From Torpedo marmorata (taxonomy: Eukaryota), in assembly GCA_977017645.1 (NCBI GenBank), contig OZ360240.1, forward strand, positions 75,826,001-75,890,000: a DNA stretch of 64,000 nucleotides, in the 5' to 3' direction. Both the position numbers and the translations under genes were made by a program. Shown in pieces: positions 49,116 to 61,663 of the stretch; position 1 is the first letter of the stretch, and each line of letters opens with the position of its first letter. The notes under the pieces are model-generated. The model made no database searches. It was not told where the DNA came from and was given only the letters and a program-made list of their open reading frames with translations.

Positions 49116-49344
49116 AATGGGCTCTGACCAAGGTTCTATACAACTGAAGCACCAGACACATTTTAAATTCTATATCTCTTGGAATAAAGGCCAAGCCTCC
49201 ATTAATATTTTAAAATAATTTTTGTAAACTATCCACTAATTTTTAAGTAATAAAAACAGACACCCAAATGTCTTGTTTCTGATTACTGAGTCACTCAGCC
49301 TTAAAAATAATTTCATTTGCGTACCTTGGATCTGAAGAGAACTT

Positions 49345-49560
49345 CCTGCATTAAGTACCCAGTGCTTATATTCAACACATTAGGGATATTTCACAGTGGC
49401 CAATTAACCTTCCAACCTACATGCCTTTGGGATGAGGGAGGAATCCGGAGCACCCAGGGTAACCCATGGAGTCACAGGGTGAACATGCAAACTCCACAAA
49501 GACAGCACCAGAGGTTAGGATTTAAGCCGGGGCTCCGGAACTGCGAGGCAGTGGCCAATT
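49345..49560 (-). mobile_element. Older V-SINE-like element
   Basis: GAACATGCAAACTCCACA..GACAGCACC is the reverse complement of the V-domain. Confidence 0.6.
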
Positions 49561-49569
49561 CATTGAATG

Positions 49570-49785
49570 TGGGCGGCATGATTATCACAATGCTATGACA
49601 GAGCCAGCGACCCGGGTTTGAATCTGCCGCTGTCTGCGTGGAGTTTGACCTGTGTGGGTTTTCCTTGGGTGCTCCTGTTTCCTCCCACCCTCCAAAATGC
49701 ATGGGGTTGCAGGTTAATTGGGTGGCACAAATTTCATGGGCCGGAAGGGCCTTATATAGCGCTGTATCTTCAAAATTTAAAAAAT
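49570..49785 (+). mobile_element. V-SINE (diverged)
   Basis: GGGTTTGAATC, GGAGTTTG, tail GCTGTATCTTCAAAATTT. Confidence 0.7.
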
Positions 49786-50574
49786 ATATATACGGTACAT
49801 ACTGTATTCTCAAAATTCTGCGTTTGTTTGTACCTTGTATTGAAACATGTCCTGCTCTATTTTATTCTCATTTTTTTTATTCTCTTCCCCTGCTTTAATG
49901 CACAATGATGCTGCTGGAAAACAATGAATTTCGTGGCACATGTTCATAACCATAAATTCTAATTCTGATTCAATTATTTTTCAAATTTTAGTTTCCCCTT
50001 TCCCTAGAGTGCATGGAGCATGATTATTAATTTTGATCCCTTCCCTTTAGTTTTAAATTATTATTCATGGTGTCACCTACACCTCAGTAAGACCTTACCA
50101 CAGTCATGTCACCGAATCCCCTCCACAGTTCCCCGGATTTTTCATGCCTGCTTTCCCTCTGCGAGGTATCAGCCAATGAGCAAAACGTGGCTTCCAGTTA
50201 CAATGTCTGCAATATTTTCTCCTCAGAATGTCTTGCCCCCTCGTTCCAAACATGGTGCTTTGTAATTTCCAGCCAGCCTTGTAGCACTCCTTCCTTTCCC
50301 ATAGTTTTGCATTCATCTATAAATCTCCTGAATTTACACCCCGAGTTTCTGAGTTAAAAAAAACACAGGAATCAGCAAAGGTCCCAACACTGAGGTGAGA
50401 TTTCCCCAGCTGGTCCTAGCCCTGAAGCTAACAGCCTTCTAACCAATGCCTGTTGCTTTCTCCCTTCCAGCCAATTCACCAATTGTACCAAGCATTTGTT
50501 CTATAACATTCCTTCATACACAACTTTGTCAAATACCTTGAAGCCTAAGTACATAACACAACCCCACTTAGAAT

Positions 50575-50990
50575 GGTAAACACAGATGACGGCGTACCTG
50601 GCAGGGTACTGCAAATCTGCGCCAACCAACTAGCCAGGTGTTCACGGACATTTTCAATCTCTCATTGCTGCAGTCCGAGGTTCCCACCTGCTTCAAATGG
50701 GCATCAATCATTCCAGGTCCCAAGAGGAGCAGATTGCCCACGCTGACCAAAATGTCCCACCCACACTAGTCTCACCTGCCTGCGTTTGGGCCCATATCCC
50801 TCTAACCCATCATATCCATGTGTCCATCCAAGTTTTTCTTAAATGTTGCAATAGTACCTGCCTCAACCACCTCCAGTGCAGCCCGTTCCATACACCCACC
50901 ACCCTCTGTGTAAAAAAAGTAACCCCTCAGGTTCCTGTTAAATCTCTCCCCCCTCACCTTAAATCGATATCATCTGGTGACTGATTCCCC
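50575..50990. mobile_element. Rex1 RT fragment (+, to ~50740) followed by CR1 3' fragment (-)
   Basis: NQLA.VFTDIFNLSLLQSEVPTCFK motif; then ACCACCCTCTGTGTAAAAAA. Confidence 0.6.
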
Positions 50991-51142
50991 TACTCTGGGC
51001 ATAGGTCTCTCTGCATTCACTTCTATTACCTCATCTCTTCAAACCTCTATTATTCCTGACCTGTCCTGCATGTGCAACGTACCAGTCTGGCATTCACTGG
51101 CGCCCAGTAGCTCGAACCTCAGCTTAAGTATACCCAACGATG

Positions 51143-51450
51143 TGAGGTGGTGGTGCAGCAGTTAGTACCGTTGCCGCACAGTACCTGGGTTTGATCCTGC
51201 CCTCTGTTGCTGTCTGTGTGGAGTTTGCACATTCTCTCTGTGGCTGTGAGACTTTTCCCTGAGTTCTCAAATTCCCTCCCACATCCCCAAGATATGATGG
51301 TTGAATGGTTAAGTGGCCACTGTAAATTGTGTGCAGAGTAGATGGGAGGAGAATCAGGGGTGAACGTGACAGGAAATTGATTCCAGAGATACAAGTGGAG
51401 GAAGGGGATTTATGGGATTGAGCTTAGAGCTGCATCGACTTGATGGGACA
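51143..51450 (+). mobile_element. Older V-SINE-like element
   Basis: CTGGGTTTGATCCTG, GGAGTTTGCACATTCTC. Confidence 0.6.
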
Positions 51451-51649
51451 AATGACTTCCAACTTTGCAAGAAAATATGAGAAAATATTATTGAATCTTC
51501 AGAGCTAAATTCTCAAAATCATTGTCACTTCCCCCAGGAGGGAGATTAGCTCGGAGATTCGGATAATACTCAGATGGGTGTGGTTGAAGAATCCCATAGT
51601 GAATGGAAAGGGTTGGCCAGAGTGGACTGGAGAAGAGGTAGGAGAGTAG

Positions 51650-51960
51650 TAAGAGTCTAGGACCAGAGGGCACAGCCTCAGCACAAAAGGACGTCCCTTT
51701 AGAACAGAGATGCGGAGAAATTTCTTCAGCCAGAGGGTGGTGAATCTTGTGGAATTCGTTGCCACAGATGCCACGTCATTGGGTAGATTTAAAGCGGTGG
51801 TTGATAGGTTCTTGAGTAGTAAGGGTGTCAAAGGTTAGGGGGAGAAGGCAGGAGAATGGGGTTGAGAGGAAACATGTGTACATCAGCCATGATGCAAATG
51901 GTGGGCAGACTCGATGGGTTGAATGACCCAATTCTGCTCCTACGTCTTATGGTCTTATGC
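51650..51960 (+). mobile_element. CR1 3' end
   Basis: AGAGGGCACAGCCTC..GTCTTATGGTCTTATG tail; same family as 16330 and 21905. Confidence 0.8.
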
Positions 51961-52344
51961 AAAGCCCTTTTTATTAACTTTGAAGCGGCAAAGCCTCCGA
52001 GAGCAGCAATGGGATTGGAAAATGAATGAGGCATCTACAATCAAAGTTTACCTGATGCCTGGTAGTCAATTTGAGCGCAAGGCTGGGGAAAGCCAGGTAC
52101 ATCGCTACCCTGGACCTGACGGAAGGGGGCTTGTCAGTTCCATGCGGATTCACAGACCTGGAGGTGAGACCACTACCAGCAGCAAAGCAGGCTGAGATCA
52201 CAGGGCCGCTGTGCCCACTTGCACAAAGCGGAGGATGTATCCATTGGGTTGGCAGAGGGAGGTGTGGTGTAGTGTCGCACTGACCAGGGAGTAGGAAGCA
52301 AATGATGGCCTTTGCAGAATCATTGGCGAGTTACTCCAAAAGGT

Positions 52345-52628
52345 ATAAATTTAAATTAAATTTAAACTTAAATTTTAAATTTAGACATACAGCACGGTAA
52401 CAGGCCCTTTCGGCCCACGAGCCCGTGCCGCCCAATTACACCCAATTGACCTACAACCCCCCCTTACGTTTTGAAGGGTGGGGGGAAACTGAAGCACCCA
52501 GAGGAAACCCATGCAGACATAGGGAGAACGTACCGACTCCTTACAGACAGCACGGGATTTGAATCCCAGTCCCGATCGCTGGCGCTGTAACAGCGTTGCG
52601 CTAACCGCTAAGCTAACCGTGCCGCCCT
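52345..52628 (-). mobile_element. V-SINE
   Basis: Complete head, V-domain and tail. Confidence 0.9.
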
Positions 52629-53084
52629 AGGTAATTCCTGAATTGCCCCTTCTTGGAAAGAGGAAGTCTTTGCATTTTTGGTAGATTAGGGCATTGAAGG
52701 TGATGGGAAACTGACACAGAGGAGATAAGGGTTGGGCCGCATCAGCCATGATCTTGTTGAATGCCAGGCCAGGCATGAGGGACCCTGCGGCCTACTCCTG
52801 ATCATGATTTCTTGTGTTTTTATGTTCTATGTATCTGATCAAAACTGAGGGACCGAAGCCCGGTAAGGTGGAGCCCCAAGTCCGAAGCTGCTCTGGGGGA
52901 CTGCAACAGGACAATGCTTCTGGTTCCAGACCTTGGCCTGGAACTGGTGCTCCACAGGAATGCTTCAGGGGCGAGAATGAGAGCTCCATTCTCTCAAATA
53001 TTGAATCTGCGGCTTATGCCACAGTCAGTGAGCTGATGCCCAGCGAAATGAAGGCATATTGGAATTAATGGGTTGCAGATTGAA

Positions 53085-54222
53085 ACACTATGTAATAGCT
53101 ATTGGTGATGTGGATGGTTTTCCAAGACTGCAGCAGGATCCTGATCAGTTGAGCAGTTGGGCAGAGGAATAGTTGATGGAATTTAATACAGAGAAATATG
53201 AGATGTTGCATTTTGGGAGGTTTAATGTGGGTAGGACCTACACAGTGAATGGTAGTGATCTGGGGAGTGCTGTAGAGATGAGGGATCTATGAGTACAGAT
53301 ACATAGTACCTTGAAAGTGGCATCACAGGTAGATAGGGTGGTCAAAAAGGCTTTGAGCACATTGGCCTTCATCAGTCAGAGTATTGAGCATAGAAGTTGG
53401 GAGGTCTCGTTGCCGTTGTATCAGATGTTGGTGAGGCCCCATTTGGAGTATTGTGTTCAGTTTTGGCCACCATGCTATTGGAAAGATATTGTCAAGCTGT
53501 AGAGGGTGCTGAGAAGATTTATGTTGCCAGGACTTGGGGGCGTGAGCTACAGGGAGCGGTTGAGTAGGCGAGGGCTTTATTCCTTGGGGCGCAGGAGGAT
53601 GAGGGTGATCTCATGGAGGTGCACAGAATCATGAGAGGAATACATCAGCTGAACGCAGAGAGTCTTTTGCTCAGAGCAGAGGAATCAGTAACCAGAGGAC
53701 ACAGGTTTAAGGTGAGGGGGGTAGGGGGTGCAAGAGATTTAGCAGGAACCTGAGGGGTAACTTATTTACACAGAGGGTGCTGGGTGTACAGAACGGGCTG
53801 CTGGAGGAGATGGTTGAGGCAGGAACTATTGCAATGTTTTAAATTTTAATTAAAAAAAAATTTAGACATACAGCACGGTTACAGGCCATTTCGGCCCACG
53901 AGCCCGTGCCGCCCAATTACACCCGATTAACCTACAACCCCCGGTACATTTTGAACGATGGGAGGAAACCGGAGTCCCCGGAGAAAACCCGCGCAGACAC
54001 GGGGAGAACGTACAAACTCCTTACAGACAGCGCGGTATTCGAACCCCGGTCCCGATCGCTGGCGCTGTAACAGCGTTGCGCTAACCGCTACACTCACCGT
54101 GCCGCCCTCTACGCCAACCGACGGATACGTGGATAGGACAGGTTTAGAGGGATATGGGTCAAACGCAGGTAGGTGGGACTAGTGTGGGTGGGCCGAAGGG
54201 CCTGTTTCCACGCTTGTATGAC
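53085..54222 (+). mobile_element. CR1 RT 3' region interrupted by a V-SINE
   Basis: ORF 53311-53502 (LVRPHLEYCVQFW); tail GGGCCGAAGGGCCTGTTTCC at 54190. Confidence 0.82.
53836..54108 (-). mobile_element. V-SINE
   Basis: Complete copy. Confidence 0.9.
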
Positions 54223-54599
54223 CTCGGCCAAATTTCTCCCCATGGCACAGGCAGGAACATAGTGTTGTGACAGGGCAGCACTGTGACTTTGAAGTGGAAC
54301 ATGAGACAGGGATGGTTCGTGCGAGCTCTCCTGTCTTCTCAGCACCAGCAACTGGAGAGATGGCAGTGGTTTCGTGGTTAATCACCCGTTGCATCCTTTT
54401 CTCAAATTTCAGATATCTGAGTAAAACTTCCTGAAATCTCAGCTTCAAGTGGCAAGATTTATCCCCTTTTAAGGAACCTTTCCTTTAAGATGGAAGAACT
54501 TACTTTTAAAGGTAATTCAAACTGAAGTGGGATACCTTCTCCAGACAGCTGAATTTAAATAAGTAATGAGGAGAAGCTGGGAGCTCTTCACAGTGGCAA

Positions 54600-54960
54600 T
54601 GACGAGACTGCAGATGCTGGAAAACTGGGACAACGCACAAAATGCTGGAGGAACTTGGTGAGTCAGGCAGCATCCATGGGAGATGATGGGTAGTCGACGT
54701 TTCGGGCCGAGACCCCTTCATTGAGGACTGGGAAAGAAGGAGAGAAGTCCGAACAAAAAGGTGGGGGGAGGGGGAGCAGCAGCAGCTGGCAAGAAGGTGG
54801 GTGGCAAGAAGCTAGGATGTGATAGGAGGAAGAGGCAGAGGGCTGAGGAAGATGCACTCTGATAGGAGAGGGCAGTAGATGATGGAAAGAAGGGAAGGAG
54901 GCAGGAGGCAAGAGGAAGGAAGGTGGGGGTGACGGAGAGTTGGAGAGGGCGGAAAAGCTT
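54600..54960 (-). mobile_element. Penelope-derived 3' fragment with degenerate hammerhead
   Basis: Minus strand ATGAAGGGGTCTCGGCCCGAAACGTCGAC; TCCAGCATCTGCAG end. Confidence 0.7.
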
Positions 54961-55621
54961 TGTGAGAGAAAGTGTCCGTGGTGGCAAGGTTGTGGAACAG
55001 AAGTGATTATTGCAGCTTTGGATAGGATAGATGATAAAGAGATTGAAATGCAGTTGCATCAGCCCTCATCTCAAACTTGCTCCAATAATTCCAGGGGTGA
55101 ATCCTACAACATGGAAGCAGAGTGTGGACAACCAAAGTCAGTGGGGATCAAAGGAGAAAACAGTTGTCGGAGTCTCACTTCACACAAAGGAAGGTGGGTT
55201 AATCATTCTAATCCTGTGTCACCATTCCTTCATCACCATCAAAGCACCTGACAATCACAAACTCCGACAACAGCAGTGACTTGGCGCATTACCTTCGTCA
55301 AACCACTATCAATGTCTTCATAGAAACCATTGACCGGAAACTGAATGGACCCAACCACATTAGTATTAGGGCTAGGAGAGCAGGTCAGAGACTGGGTGTC
55401 CTCTGGTAAGTGGTTCATCTCCACCATCTGTAAAGTACAAGTCCATAGAACCATAGACACTACAGCTCAGAAATAGGCCCTTCAGCCCATCTAGTTGAGC
55501 TGAACTATTATTCTGCCTAGTCCCATTAACCTACACCCTCCATACCCCTCCCATTTGAATACCTGTCGAAATTTTTCTTCAATGTCGAAATCAAGCCCTT
55601 AATCAGGAGTGCGGTAGAGTA

Positions 55622-55878
55622 GGGGCGACACGGTTGGCGTAGTGGTTAGCGCAACGCCATTACAGCACCAGCGATCGAGACCGGGGTTCGAATCCCGCGC
55701 TGTCTGTAAAGAGTTTGTACGTTCTCCCCGTGTCTGTGTGGGTTTTTCCCCGGGGGCTCCGGTTTCCTCTCACCGTTTGAAACGTACCGGGGGTGTACGT
55801 TAATTGGGTGTAAATTGGGCGGAACAGGCTCGTGGGCCGAAATGGCCTGTTACCGTGCTGTAAGTGTAAAATTAAAAT
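55622..55878 (+). mobile_element. V-SINE
   Basis: GGGGCGACACGGTTGGCGTAGTGG..GGTTCGAATCC, V-domain, tail. Confidence 0.92.
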
Positions 55879-56281
55879 GTGACTCTGCAATTGTCTGGAT
55901 CAGTGCAGCCCCGACTGTTCTCAAGAAGTCCGACACCATCTAGGATGGAGCAACCTGCTCAAGTTGCACTCTATCCACGACCCCTACACATCCATTCCTC
56001 CACTACCAGCTCAAAGTGGCTGCAGTGTGTCCCATCCTCCAAAGTTACTCACCCAGGCTACCCTGACACCATCTCACAATCCCCTGGACACCACCACCTA
56101 CAGGTTCCCCTCCAAGACACTCTCATCCTGACTGGGAAATATATCACCAATCCTTCATCGTTGCTGGGTCGAAGTCCTGGAGTTCCCTCCCCAACAGCAT
56201 TGTGGGGGTATTTTCTCACCACTATTTCACGACTTTCCAAGTCCATAGATCCATCAAAGTTTTAACATTTTTATATTCTAT

Positions 56282-56448
56282 AATTTTAACATTTAAGAAG
56301 AATTTGGACAGGTACGTGGATGGGAGAGGTATGGAGGGATATGGACTGGGTGCAGGTCAGTGGGACTAGGCAGAATAATGGTTCGGCACAGACTAGAAGG
56401 GCCGAAGGGGCCTGTTTCTGTGCTGTACTGTTCTATGGTTCTATGGTT
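56282..56448 (+). mobile_element. CR1 3' end
   Basis: Tail TTCTATGGTTCTATGGTT; inverted match to 56614-56781. Confidence 0.88.
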
Positions 56449-56613
56449 GCCACGCAAGTTGATAGGGTGGTTAAAAAGGCGTATGGTGTGCTGGCTTTCA
56501 TTAGTCTGGGATTGAGTTCAAGAAGAGCTGCGATGTAATGTTGCAGCTCTATGAAACTCTGGTTAGACCACACTTAGTGGTATTGTGTTCAGTTCTGGTC
56601 ATCTCATGAAATG

Positions 56614-57560
56614 AACCATAGAACCATAGAACATTACAGCACAGAAACAGGCCCCTTCGGCCCTTCTAGTCTGTGCCAAACCATTTTGTTTTGCCTAGTC
56701 CCACTGACCTGCACCCAGTCCATATCCCTCCATACCTCTCCCATCCATGTACCTGTCCAAATTCTTCTTAAATGTTAAAATTGAGCCCGCATTTACCACT
56801 TCAGCTGGCAGCTCGTTCCACACTCCCATCACTCTGTGTGTGAAGAAGTTCCACCTCATGTTCCCCCAAAACTTTTCCCCTTTCACGCTTAACCCATGTC
56901 CTCTGGTTTGTATCTCACCGACCCTCAGTGGAAAAAGCCTATCTACATTTACTCTGTCTATCCCCCTCATAATTTTAAATACCTCTATCAGATCTCCCCT
57001 CATTCTTCTACGCTCCAGGGAATAAAGTCCTAACCTGTTTAACCTTTCCCTGTAACTCAGTTCCTGAAGTCCCAGCAACATCCTAGTAAATCTTCTCTGC
57101 ACTCTTTCAAACTTATTGATATCTTTCCTGTAGTTAAGTGGCCAAAACTGGACACAATACTCCAAATTTGCCCTCACCAATGTCTTGTACAACTTTACCA
57201 TAACATCCCAACTCCTGTACTCAATACTTTGATTTATGAAGGCCAATATGCCAAATGCTCTATTTACAACCCTATCTACCTGTGATGCCACTTTTGGGGA
57301 ATTATGTATCTGTATTCCCAGATCCCTCTGTTCTACCGCACTCCTCAGTGCCCTACCATTTACCGTGTATGTCCTTTCTTGGTTTGTCCTTCCAAAATGC
57401 AACACCTCACACTAGTCTGCATTAAATTCCATCGGCCATTTTTCAGCCCATTTTTCCATCTGGTCCAGATCCCTCTGCAAGCTTTGAAAACCTACTTCAC
57501 TGTCCACAACGCCTCCAATCTTAGTGTCATCTGCAAACTTGCTGATCCGATTTATCACAT
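56614..57560 (-). mobile_element. CR1 RT 3' region
   Basis: ORF 56695-57405 (LEYCVQFW, LERRRMRGDLIEVFKI, RGHGL). Confidence 0.93.
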
Positions 57561-57562
57561 TA

Positions 57563-58295
57563 TTCAAGATTCAATTTATTGTCATAGTAATAAAACAGTG
57601 TCATATTCCATGAAATTTCTTTTTGCCTGCTGCAAGGCAGACAGATTCGCCACCGGCAGAAATTGCCTAAGTGCTTCTAATATTCCTTACAGTCAGAGAA
57701 AGAGAAGCAAAAGAGAGTCCCCCCAGAGTCACCGAGTGTCCATAGATTCGCCTCCAGCGCTTCCGCAGCCACACAGAGTCCAGTCCAAACCATCGGCATC
57801 CCGAGCTCCAGATCGGAACCTCCAACACAGTCAGGTCGCCCTCGGCACCCCCTCGCATCCCGGTTCCGATACCTGGTACTCCTCCAGCCAGTTCGAGCCA
57901 GCCTCCAGCAGTCCGCAGCCCGGCGTGAGTCCCCCGACAGCAGTCTCCAGCAGCCCACAGCCTCCGCGGGTTCCTCGCCTCGAGTCGCCAGCAGCCCGCC
58001 GCATGCACTGGTCCTTCAGCCTCAGAGCCCCTCACCGGTCCACCGCCGTGGTCACCGTCCCATGAGTCGTCTCCTCCGCTTCTCCTTCTCAGACAGGGGT
58101 GATCTTCCCGTCCACTGGTGCCCTGCTCCAGTCCTCCGCTTCCCCGGAATCTGCAGCTCCCCGTGCCTGCTGCCGGTTAAAAGGCGCTGCCATCTTGGGC
58201 GCAGACCCCGTGGCCACGGGATCTTAAATAAAACCACTGTCGGCTCCTTTAACGGGCCGTTCAAAGCCCGTGCGGAACCAACGGTTCCCCACATT
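57563..58295 (-). mobile_element. Non-autonomous retroposon, copy 2
   Basis: Homologous to 3053-3780 and 60642-61294. Confidence 0.7.
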
Positions 58296-58549
58296 ATTAC
58301 CCTCTTGAAAATGTTCTGACGTTGGCCTGAGACAGATATCATAGGGTCGCCAGCTTCTCACTGGTACAGTTGAATTTTCCTTTTTAAAGTGAGCATAAAA
58401 GGTGTTCAGTTCATCGGGGAGGGAGGCATCATTCACAGCCATTTATGATGCCTTAGGATGTAATGGACTGCAAGCCCTGCCATCACTGGCGAATATCTGA
58501 TTCTGCGTCTAGCTTCACTCGGAATTGCCTCTTTGCTGGTTGCTGCCTG

Positions 58550-58992
58550 CATTGGAGAACATGTCTTATGATGACAAGTTGACTGAGTTAAGGCTTTTCT
58601 CTTTGGACCAATGGAGCATGAGAGGCGACAATAGGGGTGTATAAAATGATGAGAGACATGGGTAGGGTGGACAGCCAGCATCATTTTCACAGTGCAGCCA
58701 TGGCCAATACCAGAGGACACCTGTTTAAGGTGAGTGGAGAAAAGTTTAGGGGAGACATCAGAGGTAGGTTTTATTTTTACACAGAGAGTGGTGGGTGCCT
58801 GGAATGCATTGCAGGGTTGGTAGTGGAGGCTGGTACAACAGAGGCCTTTAAAAGACTCTCAGGCACATGAATGCAAGAAAAATGGAAGGCTGTGTGGGAA
58901 GGAAAGGTTAAATTGATCTGGAGTTGGTTTACATAGGTCGGCACAACATTGTGGGCCCAGGGCCTGTACAGAGATGTACTGCTCTATGTTCT
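58550..58992 (+). mobile_element. Old CR1 3' region
   Basis: ORF 58637-58870 (YKMMR..NTRGHLFKV). Confidence 0.75.
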
Positions 58993-58996
58993 GAAG

Positions 58997-59229
58997 CAGC
59001 CATTCTCATAGGGGGCCCGAGAGACCCCCGGGGTCCACAGCACATTTAAGTAAAAGCCTTGTTTTCTTTTCACCTCACGTAACATAACATTTTAAAAATG
59101 TTTTTTATGTAGTTGGTAGGAGAAGTACGGAAGGAACTAAAACTTGACTGCTTCACGGGGAAGGGGGGCCATAAACTTTGAACAGAGTCCTAAGGGGGCC
59201 ATAGCCAAAACAAAGGTTGAGAATGGCTG
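58997..59229. mobile_element. hAT/Charlie-like MITE
   Basis: 12-bp TIRs CAGCCATTCTCA / TGAGAATGGCTG; TSD not conserved. Confidence 0.55.
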
Positions 59230-59299
59230 GTCCACAGGGTGATTAGGGGGTCAGTGAGGCTCAGAACCCAAAGAAGCGAACAAATAAATAAAGAAGTGC

Positions 59300-59528
59300 A
59301 GCACGGTTGGCGTAGAGGTGAGCGCAACAGCACCAGCGACCAGGGTTCGAATCCCACGCTGTCTGTAAGGGGTTTGTACGTTCTCCCCGTGTCTGCGTGG
59401 GTTTTTCCCGGGGGCTCCAGATTCCTCCCACCTTTCAAAACATACCGGGGGTTGTAGGTTAATTGGGCGGCACGGGCTCGTGGGCCGAAAGGGCCTGTTA
59501 CCGTGCTGTATGTCTAAATTTAAATTTA
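59300..59528 (+). mobile_element. V-SINE
   Basis: Head, V-domain and tail. Confidence 0.9.
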
Positions 59529-59799
59529 ACTGAGCTCTGAAGTAAAATGAATTGACAGATTTAAACTGCTGATTGGTAGCCAACAATTTAGATACTATTT
59601 AGCTAGATGATCTTCATTTAACCATCTATCCCGCTTCGCAGCCGAGGCAGCTGTGCCAGACGCAAATGTCATCTCCAGTAAAGCAGTAGGCAAGGATCCG
59701 TTTCAGTGGGTTTGGGGACTAGTTGGAATCTAATCATTCTGTGTGAATAATACTTCCTGAATATCCCGATGTGAGTAGAAGCCCATGTTGAATAAAGTC

Positions 59800-60110
59800 A
59801 TAAGAGTCACAGAGTCACACAGCGTGGAAACTGGCCCTTCGGCCCAACTTGCCCACGCCGACCAATGTCCCACCCACACTCATCCCACCGGCCTGTGTTT
59901 GGCCCAGATCCCTCTAAACTGATCCCATTCATGTATCCGTTTCAAATGTTTGTTAAACATTTCAATCGTACCTGCCTCAACCACCTCCGGCAGCCCATCC
60001 ATACACCCACCACACTCTGCAACAAAAAAAAAGTTGCCCCTCAGTTTTATGTTAAATCTCTTCCCCCTCACCTTAAACCTTTGGTTACTGATTCCCCGAC
60101 TCTGGATAAA
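59800..60110 (-). mobile_element. Old CR1 3' end
   Basis: ORF 59880-60116 (RFKVRGKRF..LPEVVEAGT). Confidence 0.7.
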
Positions 60111-60641
60111 TGACATGGTGTGTTCCTCTCATGGAAGCCATGTACCAGAATCATCCCATTTTCTCAGGTTAGCTCTCTGGTAAGATAAAGAACAACTGGA
60201 AAAGAATTGGAAAGGCAAGTAGATGGAAGATGCAGACTAACAGCTTCTGAGCTAAAGCAGACTGCTCTCTGGGAATCCGGTGGAAGTCGCCAGCAGCTTG
60301 CTGCCTGCCATTTTGTTTAAGGGCCTCTCGTCTGAGCTTTTGTCTTAGTCAAAGGCTTCCCCTTTGCAAAGCAGCAGCTGTACCTGCAGTGAAATGAAGG
60401 GAAGTGAGAAAGCAAGAGAGGAGGAGAGTGAGCAGGACTGTGGCATAAACAAATTGTGGTCAAGGACGGGGATGGAGCATGTTGATATTGGAATGAAGCC
60501 TGTGGAGGGAAGTGGAGGAACTATTTGAGTAGGGACTGTAGATTTCATTGTAAACTCATCCCTTTGAATGATGCACTACCTTCACCTCAACAGCACAGAA
60601 GCACAGCCATACGTAGTAATACGTAGGATATGCCAGTGTAA

Positions 60642-61294
60642 CCAAGATTCAAGATTTAATTTATTGTCATGTAATAAAAAGTGTCATATTACATGAAATT
60701 GCTTTTGTCTACTGTAAGGCAGACAGAATCGCCAGCGGCAGAAATTGCCTGAAGCGCCTCTTACAGTCAGAGAAAGAGAAGCAAAAGAGAGTCCCCCCAG
60801 AGTCAGCCTCCGCAGCCACACAGAGTCCAGTCCAAACCATCGGCTACCGGAGCTCCAGATCCGAACCTCCGACACGATTAGGAACCCTCCAGCACCCTCG
60901 GCACCCTCTCGCATCCCGGTTCTGATACCTGGTACCCCTTCAGCCAGTTTCGAGCCAGTCTCCAGCAGTCCGTAGCCTGGTGCAAGTCCCTTGACCGCAG
61001 CCTCTGTGGGTTCCTCGTCTCGAGTCACTGGCAGCCCATTTTCTGGTGCCCTGCACCAGTCCTCCACTTCCCCGGAGTCTGCAACCCCTCGTGGCTGCTG
61101 CTGATCATAGGCGCCGCCATCTTGGGTCCAGACCCCGCGGTCGTGGGATTTTAAATAAAACTACCGTCAGCTCCATTAACAGGCTATTTAAAGTCTGTAC
61201 GGAGCTGACGTCAGTCGAACTGAGCAGTTGGATCCTGCGGGAGCGCTGTGACTCCGCTTTCCGCGGGACTGCACCAGTGGCAGCGCTGCCATTA
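60642..61294 (-). mobile_element. Non-autonomous retroposon, copy 3 (extends furthest 5')
   Basis: Begins ATGGCAGCGCTGCC, contains CAAGATGGCGGCGCC, ends AATCTTGAATCTTG. Confidence 0.7.
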
Positions 61295-61481
61295 TTTTTT
61301 TTTAACCAGTGACTTGTGTTTTGCACATTGACCACAAGATGACAAAAATGATAAGGAGCAAGCAAAAAATGTTTTGCATCTGTCCAGTGCTTCTAAGTCA
61401 GGGTGAACCAACCTCCATCACTGGGTGACTGGAGAAGGACTTCAGCAGATATAAGCAATAATTTGAACTTCAATGGAAGAA

Positions 61482-61663
61482 GGGGGCGACACGGTTGGTG
61501 TAGTGGTTAGCGCAACGCTGTTACAGCGCCAGCGATCAGGACCGGGGTTCGAATCCCGTTCGAATCCCGCGCTGTCTGTAAGGAGTTTGTACATTCTCCC
61601 CATGTCTGTGTGGGTTTTCCCCGGGGGCTCCGGTTTCCTCCCACCGCTCAACACGTACCGGGG
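61482..61663 (+). mobile_element. V-SINE 5' half, interrupted by Gypsy
   Basis: Head with duplicated B box and V-domain; ends GTACCGGGG at the LTR. Confidence 0.88.

Noticed and set aside
52065-52330. Gypsy RT-like remnant (LGKARYIATLDLT)
   Set aside because: Too short and degraded to delimit; no LTRs visible.
55622-55700. Possible tRNA gene (A and B boxes)
   Set aside because: It is the head of a multi-copy V-SINE, followed by V-domain and CR1-like tail; the same applies to all other copies.
57304-58065. 253-aa plus-strand ORF
   Set aside because: Antisense read-through across a CR1/retroposon junction with no recognisable domain.
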